A DNA stretch of 64,000 bases from an uncultured Gemmatimonadales bacterium (GTDB lineage Bacteria > Gemmatimonadota > Gemmatimonadetes > Longimicrobiales > Gaopeijiaceae), in NCBI GenBank assembly GCA_963809895.1, contig CAWELD010000010.1, forward strand, positions 928,001 through 992,000, given 5' to 3'. The position numbers were made by a program, and so were the translations under genes. Below the pieces are notes generated by a model that saw nothing but the letters and a program-made list of their open reading frames with translations, made no database searches and had not been told where the DNA came from. The first letter of the stretch is position 1. The number at the start of each line of letters is the position of its first letter. Positions 62,306 through 64,000 of the stretch are shown in pieces.

Positions 62306-64000
62306 TCAGGCGCCTGCGGCGGGGTCCAGGATCGCGTCGATGCGCGCGATGACGTCGCCGAGGTGAGCACGGGTGACCCGGTGCTGGATGCGCCGCGAGG
62401 CGGCCCGGGCCTCATCGCGGATCTGCACGAGCTGAGCCCGGGCCAGGGGCCGGATGTCGGATCGGCCCACATCCGGGCCCGATCCTCCGAACGGGCTGGA
62501 GGCGGGCTCCTCGGTCATGAGGGCGGCGATGCGCTCGATGTAGGCGCGCTGAAGCTCTCGGCGGTAGGGATCCACCACCGGCGCCGCCTCGAGCTCGCTC
62601 CAGATGGCGTCGTGAAGGTCGTCGAAGAACTCCGCCAGCTCGTAGGCGTCGTCGCGTTGGAGCACCTCCAGGTCGGTGAGGCGAGCCAGACGCTGCGGTG
62701 CGAGCAGGCTGCTCAGGACCTGCACCTGCCGACTCCCGAGTCGCTGCACGGCCCCCACGGGCCCGATCCGGTCCAGGATCTCCGGGTCGTTCAGCCAGGC
62801 CGGCGTGCGGAACACCTCGTCCCGGAGAAAGCCCATGGCCTCGCGCTGCTTCGCGCGGGGCACGCCGTCGTAGACGACACCCTCCTGTTCCGTGGACTTG
62901 AGGTCCACGTAGGCGCCGCCGACCAGCGACGCCACGTGGTTCACGTAGCGTGTCCATTGTCCCAGCGCCTCTCCGTACAGCTCCTCCAGGTCCGAGTAAT
63001 CCTCACCCTCGGTGGCGGTCCACTCCCGGAGGTTCGGCAGGATGCGGCGGAGATTCTCCATTCCGTACGCGCTGGCCCGGACGGGATCGTCTCCCATGTC
63101 CTCGGTCTGGGCCCGGGGATCGATGGCGGCGGGTCCACCCTGGGGCAGATAGCGGTACATGGGGTCACCGGCATGCTCCAGGATCCAGCCGTTCAGGATG
63201 GGCCGCTCGCCGTCGGCGTCGCCGGTGCGGATGAGGCGATAACCCCAGTTGATGGCGTACAGGTCGTAGGGGCCGATCTTGCGCAGGAAGTCCAGGGGCT
63301 GGAGTCCGTCGCCCGGCTGGGCGATGTAGTTCTGCCGGGCGTAGTCCATGACCGATGGGGCGACCCCCATGCGGCGCGAGAAGTCGGGGCTTCGCAGCGA
63401 GTCCACCGGGTAGGCCGAGCTGCTGATCATGTTGTGGGGCAGGCCCAGGGCGTGGCCGATCTCGTGGGCCACCACCTGGCGCATGGCTTCGCCCATGAGC
63501 TCCATGGGGATGTGGAGGCTACGGGCCTCGGGGTTGGCGGCCCCGGTCTGGACCATGAGCCAGTTCCGGTACGAGCGCAGGTGGTTGTGATACCAGACGA
63601 TGTCGCTCTCGATGATCTCGCCCGTGCGAGGATCCGACGTGCTCGGACCCTGCGCGTTCCGGGTCATGGACGCGGCCCAGCGCACCACCGAGTAGCGCAC
63701 GTCTTCCGGATCCCACTCCGGATCTTCGTCGGGTGACGGGGGATCGCGGGCGAGGATGGCGTTCCGGAATCCCGCTGCCTCGAACGCGCGTTGCCAGTCC
63801 TCGACCCCTTGCTTCACGTAAGGGCGCCACTCGGCGGGCGTGGCCGGGTCGACGTAGTAGACGATGGGCTTCACCGGCTCCACCAGCTCGCCACGCCAGT
63901 ACGCCGCCGAGTCCTTCGGCTCCAGCCGCCAGCGTCGAATGAAGGTCTGGGTGGCGGCCTTCTGCTCGTCCAGGCCGAAGTTCACCCGGTCGACGCTGAA
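62306..64000 (-). CDS. Zinc-dependent metalloprotease (EcxA/DUF5117-DUF4953 type), 5' end outside window
   Basis: RWRLEPKD, KPIVYY, DPRTGEI, HEIGHALGLPHN, SVMDY, IGPYD. Confidence 0.93.
   Translation of the reverse strand, partial: FSVDRVNFGLDEQKAATQTFIRRWRLEPKDSAAYWRGELVEPVKPIVYYVDPATPAEWRPYVKQGVEDWQRAFEAAGFRNAILARDPPSPDEDPEWDPEDVRYSVVRWAASMTRNAQGPSTSDPRTGEIIESDIVWYHNHLRSYRNWLMVQTGAANPEARSLHIPMELMGEAMRQVVAHEIGHALGLPHNMISSSAYPVDSLRSPDFSRRMGVAPSVMDYARQNYIAQPGDGLQPLDFLRKIGPYDLYAINWGYRLIRTGDADGERPILNGWILEHAGDPMYRYLPQGGPAAIDPRAQTEDMGDDPVRASAYGMENLRRILPNLREWTATEGEDYSDLEELYGEALGQWTRYVNHVASLVGGAYVDLKSTEQEGVVYDGVPRAKQREAMGFLRDEVFRTPAWLNDPEILDRIGPVGAVQRLGSRQVQVLSSLLAPQRLARLTDLEVLQRDDAYELAEFFDDLHDAIWSELEAAPVVDPYRRELQRAYIERIAALMTEEPASSPFGGSGPDVGRSDIRPLARAQLVQIRDEARAASRRIQHRVTRAHLGDVIARIDAILDPAAGA

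Noticed and set aside
1694..63736. Many long antisense or alternate-frame ORFs (e.g. 11069-13216 +, 47332-49764 +, 17722-19641 -, 56701-58620 +)
   Set aside because: They overlap well-supported genes and lack motifs; they are the shadow ORFs expected in high-GC DNA.
1..64000. tRNA, rRNA, CRISPR arrays, transposases, integrases, Sec/Pyl readthrough
   Set aside because: None seen by eye. Gene interruptions are frame changes, not in-frame TGA or TAG codons.

Overview
GC-rich bacterial chromosomal segment. The gene repertoire (sortilin/VPS10-like propellers, M16 peptidase pair, EcxA-like metalloprotease, DUF5916 barrel, Hanks kinase) suggests Gemmatimonadota; this is an inference. There are about 50 protein-coding genes and no rRNA, tRNA, CRISPR array or mobile element that I can support. 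Order: higBA toxin-antitoxin; two sortilin/BNR-repeat secreted proteins; M16 peptidase pair; GH92 mannosidase operon; sirtuin-sufE with a divergent rhodanese; a 9-gene CDP-sugar/branched amino-sugar cluster ending in an ATP-grasp enzyme; DUF5916 barrel; GH27; DUF2911; a sigma54 promoter plus a c-di-GMP-I (GEMM) riboswitch ahead of a DUF4382 lipoprotein and a Rieske/FAD reductase; Ser/Thr kinase; Rrf2-nirK; slyD; RNA m5C methyltransferase; NUDIX; cupin; glycogen operon (glgP, glgA, two GH57); membrane-anchored DtxR-FeoA with feoB; DUF1328 and pfpI with back-to-back sigma54 promoters; cardiolipin synthase; OmpA; fused E1 dehydrogenase; a degenerate GGDEF protein with an intact I-site; a CX4CH cytochrome-YceI-DUF5777 operon; a propeller lipoprotein; and a partial zinc metalloprotease. 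Six genes carry frameshifts, mostly in the first 13 kb, which look like long-read indel errors. The strongest finding is the non-coding c-di-GMP riboswitch, whose downstream sequence reads as a translational ON switch.
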